From: Planctomycetota bacterium
GTDB lineage: Bacteria > Planctomycetota > UBA8108 > SXIK01
NCBI GenBank assembly: GCA_965223265.1
Contig: OZ244999.1
Location: 6,464,001 to 6,528,000, forward strand
DNA: 64,000 bases
Reading direction: 5' to 3'
Shown here: in pieces, positions 30,909 through 40,408 of the stretch
Layout of the letters: every line of letters starts with the position of its first letter
Position numbering within the stretch: the stretch's first letter is position 1
Notes under the pieces: generated by a model
What the model saw: the letters and a program-made list of their open reading frames with translations, nothing else
Told to the model about the DNA's origin: nothing
Database searches by the model: none
Made by a program: the position numbers and the translations under genes

Positions 30909-31706
30909 TCACCGTCGAGCGACGAGAAGACCGTAGCCGACTCGGCGGCGCGGCACGCGGCGCTTGACGCGGTAGCCCGCGTCAGTCAGATAGCGGGCCA
31001 ACGCAACCGAAGTAAACCGCGGGTCATCCGCGGTCGCCTCGTGAAACTCGAGCGCAATGCGTGCGATGCGACCGAAGAGCTCAGGCGACGTGTGATACAG
31101 AATATCGTACTCCCCACCTTCGCAATCGATCTTGAGCAAGTCGCAGCGATCGATGTTGTGCACGCGAAAGAGCTCCTCAAGCGAAATCGCGGGCACTCTT
31201 CTCGCCTCGGCAACAGTGTCCGACAGGCTGGGAAGCGAGGAGTGACCGGCGTCGTTTGCGGAGACGTATAGATCAATCTCCTGGCGCGTCGCCGACACTG
31301 CCGCCTCGACAAGCGTGACGTTCGTACAGCCGGCCGCCTCCATATTGCGTCGAAACAGTTCCCCATTCTCGGCGATCGGTTCACAGGCGACGACCTTGGT
31401 CGCCAGAGGTGAAACGCAAGCCGAGAACACGCCGATGTGCCCTCCGATGTCGACTACGCAGTCAAGCTTCGAGCCGATGTGAGATAGCCGCCGCAGGCTA
31501 CCCACTTCGTAGCTATCTCGCAGGAAGACGTCTTTGAAGACGTGAATATCCGAGGTCCCCGAGCGCACGTACATCACTCCACCTCGACGCAACCTCAGAG
31601 GCACGAGCGTTCCGGGGGGTGACATGCGGCGGGCGCGGGCAGCCTCCAGTGGATTCGATACGTAGCGACGATAACGCCACGCTTTCTCCAGATCCCTTAG
31701 GCGCAT
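30909..31706 (-). CDS. FkbM-family methyltransferase
   Basis: VDIGGHIG, ACEP, LLKIDCEGGEY, LEFH. Confidence 0.88.
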   Translation of the reverse strand: MRLRDLEKAWRYRRYVSNPLEAARARRMSPPGTLVPLRLRRGGVMYVRSGTSDIHVFKDVFLRDSYEVGSLRRLSHIGSKLDCVVDIGGHIGVFSACVSPLATKVVACEPIAENGELFRRNMEAAGCTNVTLVEAAVSATRQEIDLYVSANDAGHSSLPSLSDTVAEARRVPAISLEELFRVHNIDRCDLLKIDCEGGEYDILYHTSPELFGRIARIALEFHEATADDPRFTSVALARYLTDAGYRVKRRVPRRRVGYGLLVARR

Positions 31707-32021
31707 CGCAGTCGCTTCTCCTCAACTCGTCTCTTCTCTATCTTCGTCCTGGCCTCCAGGATGCCACGAACCGAGCGTCGCCGCCACATCGGCGTGACGC
31801 CGCTGGTCGAAAAAAGTGACTCCCGACGCTGAGAGGTCACGCTCGAAACTGACGAAGCACTGATTCATAGAAGTCAGGCGAGTCGCCGGGAATCGACCGA
31901 CCGACCCGAGCAGTCCACGCGCGGTCGCTTCTTGTTGCCCCCGAGACCCCCAAAGAATTGGGAAGGTCCGCCTCAGAAAAAGGAAGCGTCGTCGGTGCCC
32001 TCGCAGCGACGCCCGACGTGC

Positions 32022-33962
32022 CTACAGCCCCAAGCGACGATTGTATACGAGCCATTCGATGAGAACGAAAACGAGCGCCACCGCAGCGAACCAACGCCAA
32101 TGCTCGGTGCGCCCCTCTCCTTCGGCTTGATTCACCGCCACTTCGAAGTCGCCAAAGTCGATCTTTTCCGCGGGCTCAAGGTTGGACTCTCGTGCGTTCA
32201 GCAACCCCACAGGCAGACGTTCGATCACTTGATCCGCCGCGATCACCTCGTACACACCGACCTCGCTCGGCGACGCGACCACCAAGTTGCCGTTACTCTC
32301 TCGCGTGGGCACCAACCGTTCACCGCTTGGCGAGCGAAACACGACGCCCTCTTGCACTTCGTCTTCGCGATCAGCTGGCCTGTACACCAACGCTTCGCCG
32401 CTACGGAAGCGACTGCGCGTGACCCCGCGGTTCTGTTGTTCGAGCCATTCCAGAGCATTCGCGAAAAAGATCGGGAACGAGTAGTGTTGATCGAATGGCC
32501 AGTTCGTGTCCATGACGTCGAAACCGATCACCACCGCGGTAGCAGGTCGTTGTCCGGGTCGCCGAAACAAATAGCTACCGATAATCGGCCCCTGATCAGA
32601 CTCGACGAGGGGGAGGAATCCATCCCGCTCCTCCAGGACGAACGAAGACTCGATGATCAAGTTCGTGTAGAGCAAGAATCGGTTCACAGGGTGCGACCGA
32701 TCCCAATCGATGATGAGAGGCAATTCGACGCGGCTCGAATCCAAAGTAGAATCTTCGCCGCGCTCGGTCTCAGCGTCGGGCGCACCTGGTAGGCAGCCGA
32801 CATAGAGCGATGGCAGCTGCGGCACGCCCGGGGGAGCCTTCTGGTTGAACAGGACAACGTCGGCACCAAGTTTGCGAGAAAGGTTCTCAGGTGGGACGTC
32901 GCGGGTCTCCTGTAGGTACTCGCCGAAGGCGACACGTCGCATGACGAGGAATGGACTGCCACGAAAAAGCGACTCGATCCAAAAATTGGGTTCACTCACG
33001 AGCAAGACGTTGATGCGCCGTTGTTCCTGCACGCGTACCCAAGCTCGGTCATCCAAATCGAGCGCGTCATCAACTTGGACCTCGACACGCGCAACGCCGT
33101 CCAGTCGATCACCGCAATCGAAGGTGACAGAGTGACTCTTGCCTGCGGCGAGCTCAACCTCCTTGACGTCGACGAGGTCGTCATCAAAAAAGAACTCCAC
33201 TTCGCCACTCCACGCCTTGCTACCGAAGTTCTTCAGTACGGCCAAAACTTCGATCCGCCGATCCACTTCGTAAGTTTGGCGCGCGTCACACTCGATCACG
33301 GCGACGTTAGCCACCGGTGCTGCGGCACTGAAGAACTTCACACGCTGTCGTTTCACCTCTTCAGGCAAACGACTCAAATCTCCGTAGCAACTGTCGCCGA
33401 GGACGTGCACCTCGGCGTCGACGAGAGTGGAGGCCAGCGCGGTACCGTCGACGAGGGAAGGCGTCAATCGCGTCGGCGACGCGACCGCAGCAACCGAATC
33501 GATCGTCGCTGAGAGTGCCGTGCGATCTCGAGTGAGCGCCGCACGCGTCTGCGTTCGCGCCCCGAACGACAGGATCGCGGCGCGGTCCTCCGGTTTCATC
33601 GAAGCGATTAGTTCGCGAGCGTGTTCTTTGATGCGATCGATCCGAGCCTGTCCACCTTCACGCGCCGCCATGCTAGCTGACTGATCGATGAGGAGAACCA
33701 CGTTACGTCCGGGCTCGAGTTTGCCGATCGTATGTGGTCTCCACAGCGCGAGGATCAACCCTACCAGAATGATCAGCTGCAGAAGCAAAAGGAGGCTTCG
33801 CCGCAGCCGTTGAAACGGCGCGTTAACATGCAGATCCTCGACAGATCGACGCCAAAGAACAGTACTCGACACTACGCGCTCCTGTCGACGCAGCTTCAAG
33901 AAGTAGAGCGCAATCAGGGCCGGAATGAATGCTAGCAGCGAATACACTGGGAGCCAGCTCAT
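32022..33962 (-). CDS. BatA-like N-terminal TM + vWA domain membrane protein
   Basis: LYFLKLRR..VSST.LW N-terminus, DQSASM MIDAS, ESNL motif and C-terminal TM (EWLVY). Confidence 0.85.
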   Translation of the reverse strand: MSWLPVYSLLAFIPALIALYFLKLRRQERVVSSTVLWRRSVEDLHVNAPFQRLRRSLLLLLQLIILVGLILALWRPHTIGKLEPGRNVVLLIDQSASMAAREGGQARIDRIKEHARELIASMKPEDRAAILSFGARTQTRAALTRDRTALSATIDSVAAVASPTRLTPSLVDGTALASTLVDAEVHVLGDSCYGDLSRLPEEVKRQRVKFFSAAAPVANVAVIECDARQTYEVDRRIEVLAVLKNFGSKAWSGEVEFFFDDDLVDVKEVELAAGKSHSVTFDCGDRLDGVARVEVQVDDALDLDDRAWVRVQEQRRINVLLVSEPNFWIESLFRGSPFLVMRRVAFGEYLQETRDVPPENLSRKLGADVVLFNQKAPPGVPQLPSLYVGCLPGAPDAETERGEDSTLDSSRVELPLIIDWDRSHPVNRFLLYTNLIIESSFVLEERDGFLPLVESDQGPIIGSYLFRRPGQRPATAVVIGFDVMDTNWPFDQHYSFPIFFANALEWLEQQNRGVTRSRFRSGEALVYRPADREDEVQEGVVFRSPSGERLVPTRESNGNLVVASPSEVGVYEVIAADQVIERLPVGLLNARESNLEPAEKIDFGDFEVAVNQAEGEGRTEHWRWFAAVALVFVLIEWLVYNRRLGL

Positions 33963-34858
33963 TTCACCAACCCCCGACGGCGTAGGTACTCAAGAACCAG
34001 GCGATCGAACGCCCGCGCAGTGCTCGTGGGTACGTAGTGCATGCCGCGCGCCGCGCAGTAGTTCCGAATCTCGGCGCAGAAGAGGTCGAGCGTTTTTTTA
34101 TAGCGTTTGAGCAGCGCCCCGGACACGGAGATTTCAGCTTCGCTCCCGTCCTCGACATCGACGAGGCGCAGGTCACCGGTAACCTCCGGCTCAATCTCCT
34201 GCGGCGCGAGGACGTGAAACACGAAGATCTCCGTCGATCGACCGCCGGCGAGAAGATAGCGCAGGCACGACTCAAACCCTTCCTTGTCGAGAAAGTCGGT
34301 GATAAAGATCACGAGCCCACCGCCTCGCTGGCTCAGCGAAAACTCCTTACACGAACGGGCTAAATCAGTTCCCGCCTCATCGGCCGAGTCCACCCCGCCA
34401 AGCACGTCGAACAGTCGCATGGTCTGCCGACGCCCTCGAGCCGGGCCGAACAGCGGAGTCATGCGCTCAGCGAAACCGGCGAGGCTGACGCGGTCTTGGT
34501 TCACCAGGCCGATGTATGCTAGAGCCGCAGCCAGTTTCTTGGCGTACTCTAGTTTGTTGGGGTCACCGAAGTCCATCGAAGCGCTACGGTCGATCAAGAT
34601 CCGCACGCTCAGATCCTCCTCTTCGAGAAAGATCTTCAGAAACAACCGATCCAAACGTCCGTACACGTTCCAGTCGAGATATCTGAGGTCATCCCCGGGC
34701 ACGTAAGCGCGGAAGTCCGCGAACTCGTTCGAGTACCCACGTCGCTTCGACAACCGATCGCCCTTCAGCTGACCAGCAATCATTCGCCGCGACACGAGCT
34801 CAAGCTGCTCGATCTTGGCGATGAATTCGTCGTCCAACAATCGCTGTTTGGTTGCCAC
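33959..34858 (-). CDS. DUF58 family protein
   Basis: EFADFRAYVPGDDLRYLDWN, DRSASM, ITDFL; start placed at GTG 34858. Confidence 0.9.
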   Translation of the reverse strand: MATKQRLLDDEFIAKIEQLELVSRRMIAGQLKGDRLSKRRGYSNEFADFRAYVPGDDLRYLDWNVYGRLDRLFLKIFLEEEDLSVRILIDRSASMDFGDPNKLEYAKKLAAALAYIGLVNQDRVSLAGFAERMTPLFGPARGRRQTMRLFDVLGGVDSADEAGTDLARSCKEFSLSQRGGGLVIFITDFLDKEGFESCLRYLLAGGRSTEIFVFHVLAPQEIEPEVTGDLRLVDVEDGSEAEISVSGALLKRYKKTLDLFCAEIRNYCAARGMHYVPTSTARAFDRLVLEYLRRRGLVK

Positions 34859-34918
34859 GTTAGCTGACCTATTTTCCCAGGAATTCCTCAGCAACCGAAT
34901 CGAGACTCGACGCCATGG

Positions 34919-35926
34919 TTAGCTTTCCGACACCTCAGTCGTCTTCTCCAGAATCTCATCGACGATCCGGTCAGTCTCGACGCCTTCAGCTTCGCCCTCA
35001 AAGTTGAGAAGAATGCGATGCCGCAGCACCGGATGCGTCGACCTCTTCAAGTCGTCAAAACTCACGTTGTAACGACCATCAAGAAGGGCGCGGATCTTTG
35101 CGGCGAGGAGAAGCGACTGTGCGCCGCGCGGGCTGGAGCCGTAGCGGACATACTGATTCGTCATTGGTACGGCGTAGTCCTTTCCGGGATGGGTGGAAAG
35201 GATCACCCGAATCGCATAATCCTTGACGTGCGGCGCAACCACTACTTGACGCACGAGATCTTTCCACTTTTCGATTTCGTCGCCGCCCATGACAACGGAG
35301 CGCTGATCGTCGAATGCATCCACCGTGCGCTCGAGCACGGTGCCAAGCTCCTCGCGCGTAGGGTAATCTACCAAAACCTTGAACATGAAGCGGTCGAGCT
35401 GAGCCTCCGGGAGTGGATACGTCCCGTCCATCTCGAGAGGGTTCTGCGTCGCCAAGACGATGAACGGCTTCTTCATGGCGTAGATCGTTCCAGCCACAGT
35501 CACACTTCGCTCCTGCATCGCCTCGAGCAGCGCAGATTGCGTCTTCGGTGTGGCGCGGTTGACTTCATCGGCGAGCACAATGTTTCCGAAAATCGGTCCC
35601 TTTTGAAACTCGAAGTGCTTTCGGCCGGTGTCGTCCTCGATGACGATGTTCGTACCAACAATGTCAGCTGGCATGAGATCCGGCGTGAACTGAATACGTC
35701 GAAACTCCAAATCGAGTACTTCGCTCAGCGTGCGCACCAAGAGTGTCTTGCCCAGTCCAGGGACGCCCTCAAGCAGGCAATTGCCGCCGGCAAACAGGGC
35801 GATGAGCACCTGATCGATGATGTGCTGCTGACCGACGATCATCTTGCTGATCTCGTCGCGCACGCGGCCGAATTGCTGGCGAAACTCGGCGGCCTGCTCT
35901 TCCATGGCGGACGCGGCTATACTCAT
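34919..35926 (-). CDS. MoxR-family AAA+ ATPase
   Basis: EGVPGLGKT, RIQFTPDLMPAD, LADEVNRA, ATQNP, YPLPEAQLDRF. Confidence 0.95.
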   Translation of the reverse strand: MSIAASAMEEQAAEFRQQFGRVRDEISKMIVGQQHIIDQVLIALFAGGNCLLEGVPGLGKTLLVRTLSEVLDLEFRRIQFTPDLMPADIVGTNIVIEDDTGRKHFEFQKGPIFGNIVLADEVNRATPKTQSALLEAMQERSVTVAGTIYAMKKPFIVLATQNPLEMDGTYPLPEAQLDRFMFKVLVDYPTREELGTVLERTVDAFDDQRSVVMGGDEIEKWKDLVRQVVVAPHVKDYAIRVILSTHPGKDYAVPMTNQYVRYGSSPRGAQSLLLAAKIRALLDGRYNVSFDDLKRSTHPVLRHRILLNFEGEAEGVETDRIVDEILEKTTEVSES

Positions 35927-36117
35927 GAGAACTCAGCTCCTGGTTCAGCATCTGGGGAAGAATCATCGAGAAGAATCATCGGGAAAAGTCGACTGACTGC
36001 GCGGTCAATTCAGAGGACAACAAGCCATGGCGATTCTGGGAACACCTGGTTCCGCGGTGCAGCTCGACCGTCCGTCGCCGCAGGCGTCGCGGAGGCATAG
36101 GATTGACGGACTTGCGA

Positions 36118-39100
36118 CTAGCTCTCGTCCTCCTCCTTCTTCTCCCGAAGCGCTCTCTTCTTCGCTTCGAGAAGGCGTGATGTATAGGATCCCGCCGCCT
36201 CTGAGCTCGGCTCTGCCTCGGCTGCGGGCGCGGACTCTTTCGCCGGCTTGTCTGCACCGTGGCGAGCGCGCTCCGGCGTCACCTCGGTAAAACTCTCGAG
36301 CGCCGATGCGGCGTCGACCGGACGTGCGTCATCCTCGGCACGGGCATGCACCGCTCGGACACCCGCTGCGGCACGGCCAGAACCCACACGACGCGAAGCC
36401 GCTTCTGACGGTGCCGCGGAAGTCTCCACCGTTGACGGACTGTCAACCGAACCACCTCCGTAACGAGCGTCGGTCGATTCGCGCAGTTTCGCCTTGCGCT
36501 CGAGAAGCGTCGCCAACCGTCCTTCGGTAGGAGCTAGTTCGCGTTTTCTCACACCGATCAGCAAAGCGGCGTAGTTCACGGCCTTCAAGAATGCCTGACG
36601 GTAGTCGATGGCAACGCGGCGCACGAAGACGTCGATAAAAAACATCGCCAATGCCGCCAGAACCAGAGACTGCCAGACGTCACTGACGTCGTACGATGCC
36701 TCAAAGTCGCGGCGAAAGAACTGGGCGTCGGCAGGATCATCGAAGTAGACACCTCCTCCTGCGTCAGCGATCTGTCGCAAGAGTTCATGGTTGGTCTTCA
36801 AGCGTCGATACTCCCCTGAGTATGGCACACTCACGCCAGTGACGAACGAGCGTTGATTTCCGTCACGCTCGTAAACCGCGCTCAGCGTATAGGTACCCTT
36901 CTTCGGTGTCGCGAAGTTGGCGCGATAAGATCCAGGCGCAGTTTGCGGCATGTCGACTCGCTGATCTTTGAAGTCCGGTCCGACGACACTCACTTGCAGG
37001 TCGAGGTCTTTGATGAACCGGCCATCAAGACTGAGCGCGTCGAGCTGAATCGTCGCGGTGTCGCCTTCAATCGAGCGCGTGACGCGGAAACGCTCCTCGC
37101 CGCGCGTGCGCATGACCCACCGCAGGCACTGCGCCCAAAAGGGCTGAAACCCACTCCATTCGGCCCAGTTGCCTCCCCACCGCCGGCCGGCGTCGGACGT
37201 GAACGCGACCGCCTTGCCGACGCCGTAGGCCCAAGTCGCGAGCACGGGATCCTCCGTAGGATCGTCCTCGCTCGCGGGGTGAGTCAAAGGCACCGACGCG
37301 AGAGGCTTTCTGGTCGTCAAGACGTACCCGTTAAGTGGCGGCATGCCGCGCTGTCCAACACCCTGGAGAATCGGGTGGGAGCTGCGCAGATTTGGCGTGA
37401 ACGGCTCTTCTGAGATCAGAGACTTCGTCACCGTCGTTGTCTCACGGATAAAAATCTCCGGCAAATCGTCCGGTGACTGTAAGAAGTAGTAGTTTCCACC
37501 TCCGATCGCCGCCATGTTCTTCATCGCCGCCGGGATCGTGCCGTGTGCCCCATAGCATATGGTCGACACTGTGATCCCCGCGTTGACCATGTTGGAGAGG
37601 AGCGAGTTCGGGGGAGGCGTCGGATCGCCGTCGGACAAGACGATTAGGTGCTTGATCGATGCTGGCGTTGACTGTAGCCCGGTGAACGCCATCCGCATGA
37701 TGTTCTGAAACGACATCATGTCGCCGGGACTAAAATTCTGCAGAAGCCCGAGCATCTGCTGTCGCTTGCTGACAGGCGACATCGGGAAGAGCCACTGGTC
37801 CCCCGCATTGCCGTAGTAAAGAACACCGCAATAGTCACGCGGCGATAGAATCTTGATACCTTGCTGAAGGACCTGAACCGCCCAGTAGTTGCCGCGGGCC
37901 AGCTCACACGAGTGGACGACGAACGCGATGGCGCCGTTGGGCATGACCTTCTTGTTCTTGATGTCCATTTCAACGGGTAACAACCGTTCGATCGGCGTCG
38001 CCCGATAGCCGCCAGCGCCGAAACTGCTCTCACCGCCGATCATGACGAAGCCGACCCCGATCGTCTTGACGAGAGACTCGAACATCTTCATCGTGTCGAC
38101 GCTCAAACGGTCGGCTGGAATATCAGAGAGCACAATGGCGTCGTAACCGAAGTATCGCTCGATCGATGTCGGGAGCGTCTCTGGTGTGGCGATGTCCACG
38201 GAGATCTCTTCAGCTCGCAACGCATCCAGCAAAGCTTGGTCGCCTTCCTCGTCGTCGGCACAGAAGAGCACGGCAGGCGTGCCCTGCACACGCGTGAACC
38301 CGTACGCAACGTTGTTCTCGAAGATGTAGTCGTCCGTAGATCGCAGCGGCTCAACGCGCGCCTCGTAGTAGTTTTGGCCTACGCTTCCGATGCGACGACC
38401 GGAAAAATCGAAGACGTTCTTACCTGCCTTGAGAGGCTGGTTGGCACCCGAGACGAGCTGCCCATTTTCGTAAAGCTGCAGCTGCACCTCAGTCTCTATG
38501 GTCGAATCGACGACGACGCGGATGTCGAAAGGCTCACCAACATTCTGTTCAGGGTCGACGATAAGCTTTTCGACCGAGATTTCCGCGGGATACTCATAGG
38601 TGACCGGCACAACGTCGATGGTCACACCTTGAGCACGAGCGTTGTGGACCTCCTCCACCACCGACCCACTATTCTGATTGCCGTCCGAAAGCAGCACGAT
38701 GCGCTTGGCGTGGCGCTCCGGAAACGCTGCGGTGGCCAATCGGATAGCGGCGCCGATATTGGTAGCCTCTGGCTCGATCAGGGTCGAGAAACTCGTCAAA
38801 TCGAGCTCGAGCGGCCTTGGAGTCAGCTCGATGCCGGGTACGCGGCCAAACGCGAGGACGCCGACGCGATCGTCGGGTCGGCGCCCGTCGTTCGCCTTGC
38901 CATTGATGAACCGGCGCTCAGCGTCCCGCTGTTCAGCAGGCACACTCTCCGACAAGTCGGCGACGAAGATCACGGCGAGGTCGTCGTTCGTGCGAAAAAA
39001 CCGCGCTTCTGCGAGCGCCAGGACCAGTAGAATCACGACCACACAGCGCAAACCGAGGACCACCGCTCGTCGTACGGCAGGCAAGCCCGCGAGACTCCGC

Positions 39101-39183
39101 CGCGAAAAGAGAAAAATCAGGGGCACGAGCAGCAGCAGGAGCAGAAACCACGGCGAACCAAACGCCAACGAGAACTCGGTCAT
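36118..39183 (-). CDS. Large membrane protein with vWA, Ig-like, glutamine-amidotransferase-like and second vWA-like domains
   Basis: N-terminal TMs, DLSES and LLSDG, GGESSFGAGGY, VLSDGDP, YGVGKAVAFTSD, C-terminal TM. Confidence 0.85.
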   Translation of the reverse strand: MTEFSLAFGSPWFLLLLLLVPLIFLFSRRSLAGLPAVRRAVVLGLRCVVVILLVLALAEARFFRTNDDLAVIFVADLSESVPAEQRDAERRFINGKANDGRRPDDRVGVLAFGRVPGIELTPRPLELDLTSFSTLIEPEATNIGAAIRLATAAFPERHAKRIVLLSDGNQNSGSVVEEVHNARAQGVTIDVVPVTYEYPAEISVEKLIVDPEQNVGEPFDIRVVVDSTIETEVQLQLYENGQLVSGANQPLKAGKNVFDFSGRRIGSVGQNYYEARVEPLRSTDDYIFENNVAYGFTRVQGTPAVLFCADDEEGDQALLDALRAEEISVDIATPETLPTSIERYFGYDAIVLSDIPADRLSVDTMKMFESLVKTIGVGFVMIGGESSFGAGGYRATPIERLLPVEMDIKNKKVMPNGAIAFVVHSCELARGNYWAVQVLQQGIKILSPRDYCGVLYYGNAGDQWLFPMSPVSKRQQMLGLLQNFSPGDMMSFQNIMRMAFTGLQSTPASIKHLIVLSDGDPTPPPNSLLSNMVNAGITVSTICYGAHGTIPAAMKNMAAIGGGNYYFLQSPDDLPEIFIRETTTVTKSLISEEPFTPNLRSSHPILQGVGQRGMPPLNGYVLTTRKPLASVPLTHPASEDDPTEDPVLATWAYGVGKAVAFTSDAGRRWGGNWAEWSGFQPFWAQCLRWVMRTRGEERFRVTRSIEGDTATIQLDALSLDGRFIKDLDLQVSVVGPDFKDQRVDMPQTAPGSYRANFATPKKGTYTLSAVYERDGNQRSFVTGVSVPYSGEYRRLKTNHELLRQIADAGGGVYFDDPADAQFFRRDFEASYDVSDVWQSLVLAALAMFFIDVFVRRVAIDYRQAFLKAVNYAALLIGVRKRELAPTEGRLATLLERKAKLRESTDARYGGGSVDSPSTVETSAAPSEAASRRVGSGRAAAGVRAVHARAEDDARPVDAASALESFTEVTPERARHGADKPAKESAPAAEAEPSSEAAGSYTSRLLEAKKRALREKKEEDES

Positions 39184-40277
39184 CGCCTCAACCCTCTCCC
39201 ACTGAGAATGTCGCTCGCCTGCCTCGTCTCGGCAGGTTGAGGCGTCCCCTGCGACTCCGGACCGCTTGCCACACCATCCGCTGCAACGACGTCCGATGCG
39301 GGCGGCTCGCGCTGCACCGCCGCCGTCTCCCAGTCGAAAATCTGCACGCGATGGTTGCCGTAATCAGCGACATAAACTCGTCCGTCAGGCCCGACTTCGA
39401 TATCCCACGGAGTCGAGAGCCGCCCCGGCGCACTGCCAGGTCCTCCCCAAAAACCAAGGAACTCTTCGTCGGCGGAGAACTTCTGAATGCGATGATTCCC
39501 CCACTCGCAGACCAAAATCGCGCCCTTGTGGTCGACAGCAACCGCGATCGGATAGCGAAACTCGCCAGGCCCCTGGCCAAGTCGTCCCAGGGAGCTAACG
39601 TAGCGACCGTCAAGACTGAACCGCTGAACGCGGTGATTCGCGCAGTCGGCGACGAGGAGATACTCAGTGCCCTCCCGCACCTCGATCGCCATGCCCTGTG
39701 GTCGCTGGAACTGACCGGGCGCCCCTCCCATCTTCCCCCACGATTTGATGAACTCGCCGCTCGATGTGAACTTGAGGATGCGGTCGTTGAGACCACCGAA
39801 GTCGCCAGCATAAACCATCCCCTGTGCATCGACGACGACGTCGCGCCCGAACGTCAGCTGACCCGGTCCGAGCCCGTTTGAACCCCAGCGCGCGAGGATC
39901 TCGCGGCCTTGAGGATCATAGCGGAGGATGCGGCTGTAGTGGCTGTCGTTGACGAGAAGGTTTCCATTCGCCTCAACGGTCATGCCGACAGGTTGGCCAT
40001 ACTTGAACTCCGGCAGCGTCCAGACGTTCAAGACACTACCGTCGTCGGCCAGGTGCTGGATGCGCCCGCTGCGGTCGACCGCGTAGAAGCTTCCATCTTT
40101 GGCAACCGCAATAGCGCGTGGTTTGATGAATCGTCCCGGGCGCTGACCGCGCGCGCCGATGGTCGTCGGCGCCTCGATGGCACCCTCAACACTCGAAGCA
40201 TTCGCCATCCACCAAGCGACACCGCTGGCGATGAACGTGACGACGACGATGCCTCGCACCAAATTCAACACGAGCAA
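39180..40277 (-). CDS. Membrane-anchored NHL-repeat six-bladed beta-propeller protein
   Basis: Repeated G..PGQF..P..IAV...VAD..NHRVQ.F units after an N-terminal TM segment. Confidence 0.88.
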   Translation of the reverse strand: MLVLNLVRGIVVVTFIASGVAWWMANASSVEGAIEAPTTIGARGQRPGRFIKPRAIAVAKDGSFYAVDRSGRIQHLADDGSVLNVWTLPEFKYGQPVGMTVEANGNLLVNDSHYSRILRYDPQGREILARWGSNGLGPGQLTFGRDVVVDAQGMVYAGDFGGLNDRILKFTSSGEFIKSWGKMGGAPGQFQRPQGMAIEVREGTEYLLVADCANHRVQRFSLDGRYVSSLGRLGQGPGEFRYPIAVAVDHKGAILVCEWGNHRIQKFSADEEFLGFWGGPGSAPGRLSTPWDIEVGPDGRVYVADYGNHRVQIFDWETAAVQREPPASDVVAADGVASGPESQGTPQPAETRQASDILSGRGLRR

Positions 40278-40408
40278 AAGACCTTCAGAGAATGGGAGGT
40301 AGCGCTGCGCCGCTCTGCCGCGTGCGGGCGTTCACGCCGCAGTCCCGAGTGACAACGGGACACTGAAATGTGCGTGCTCGCGCGGTCCAACGACGCCGCG
40401 CGGTCGAA

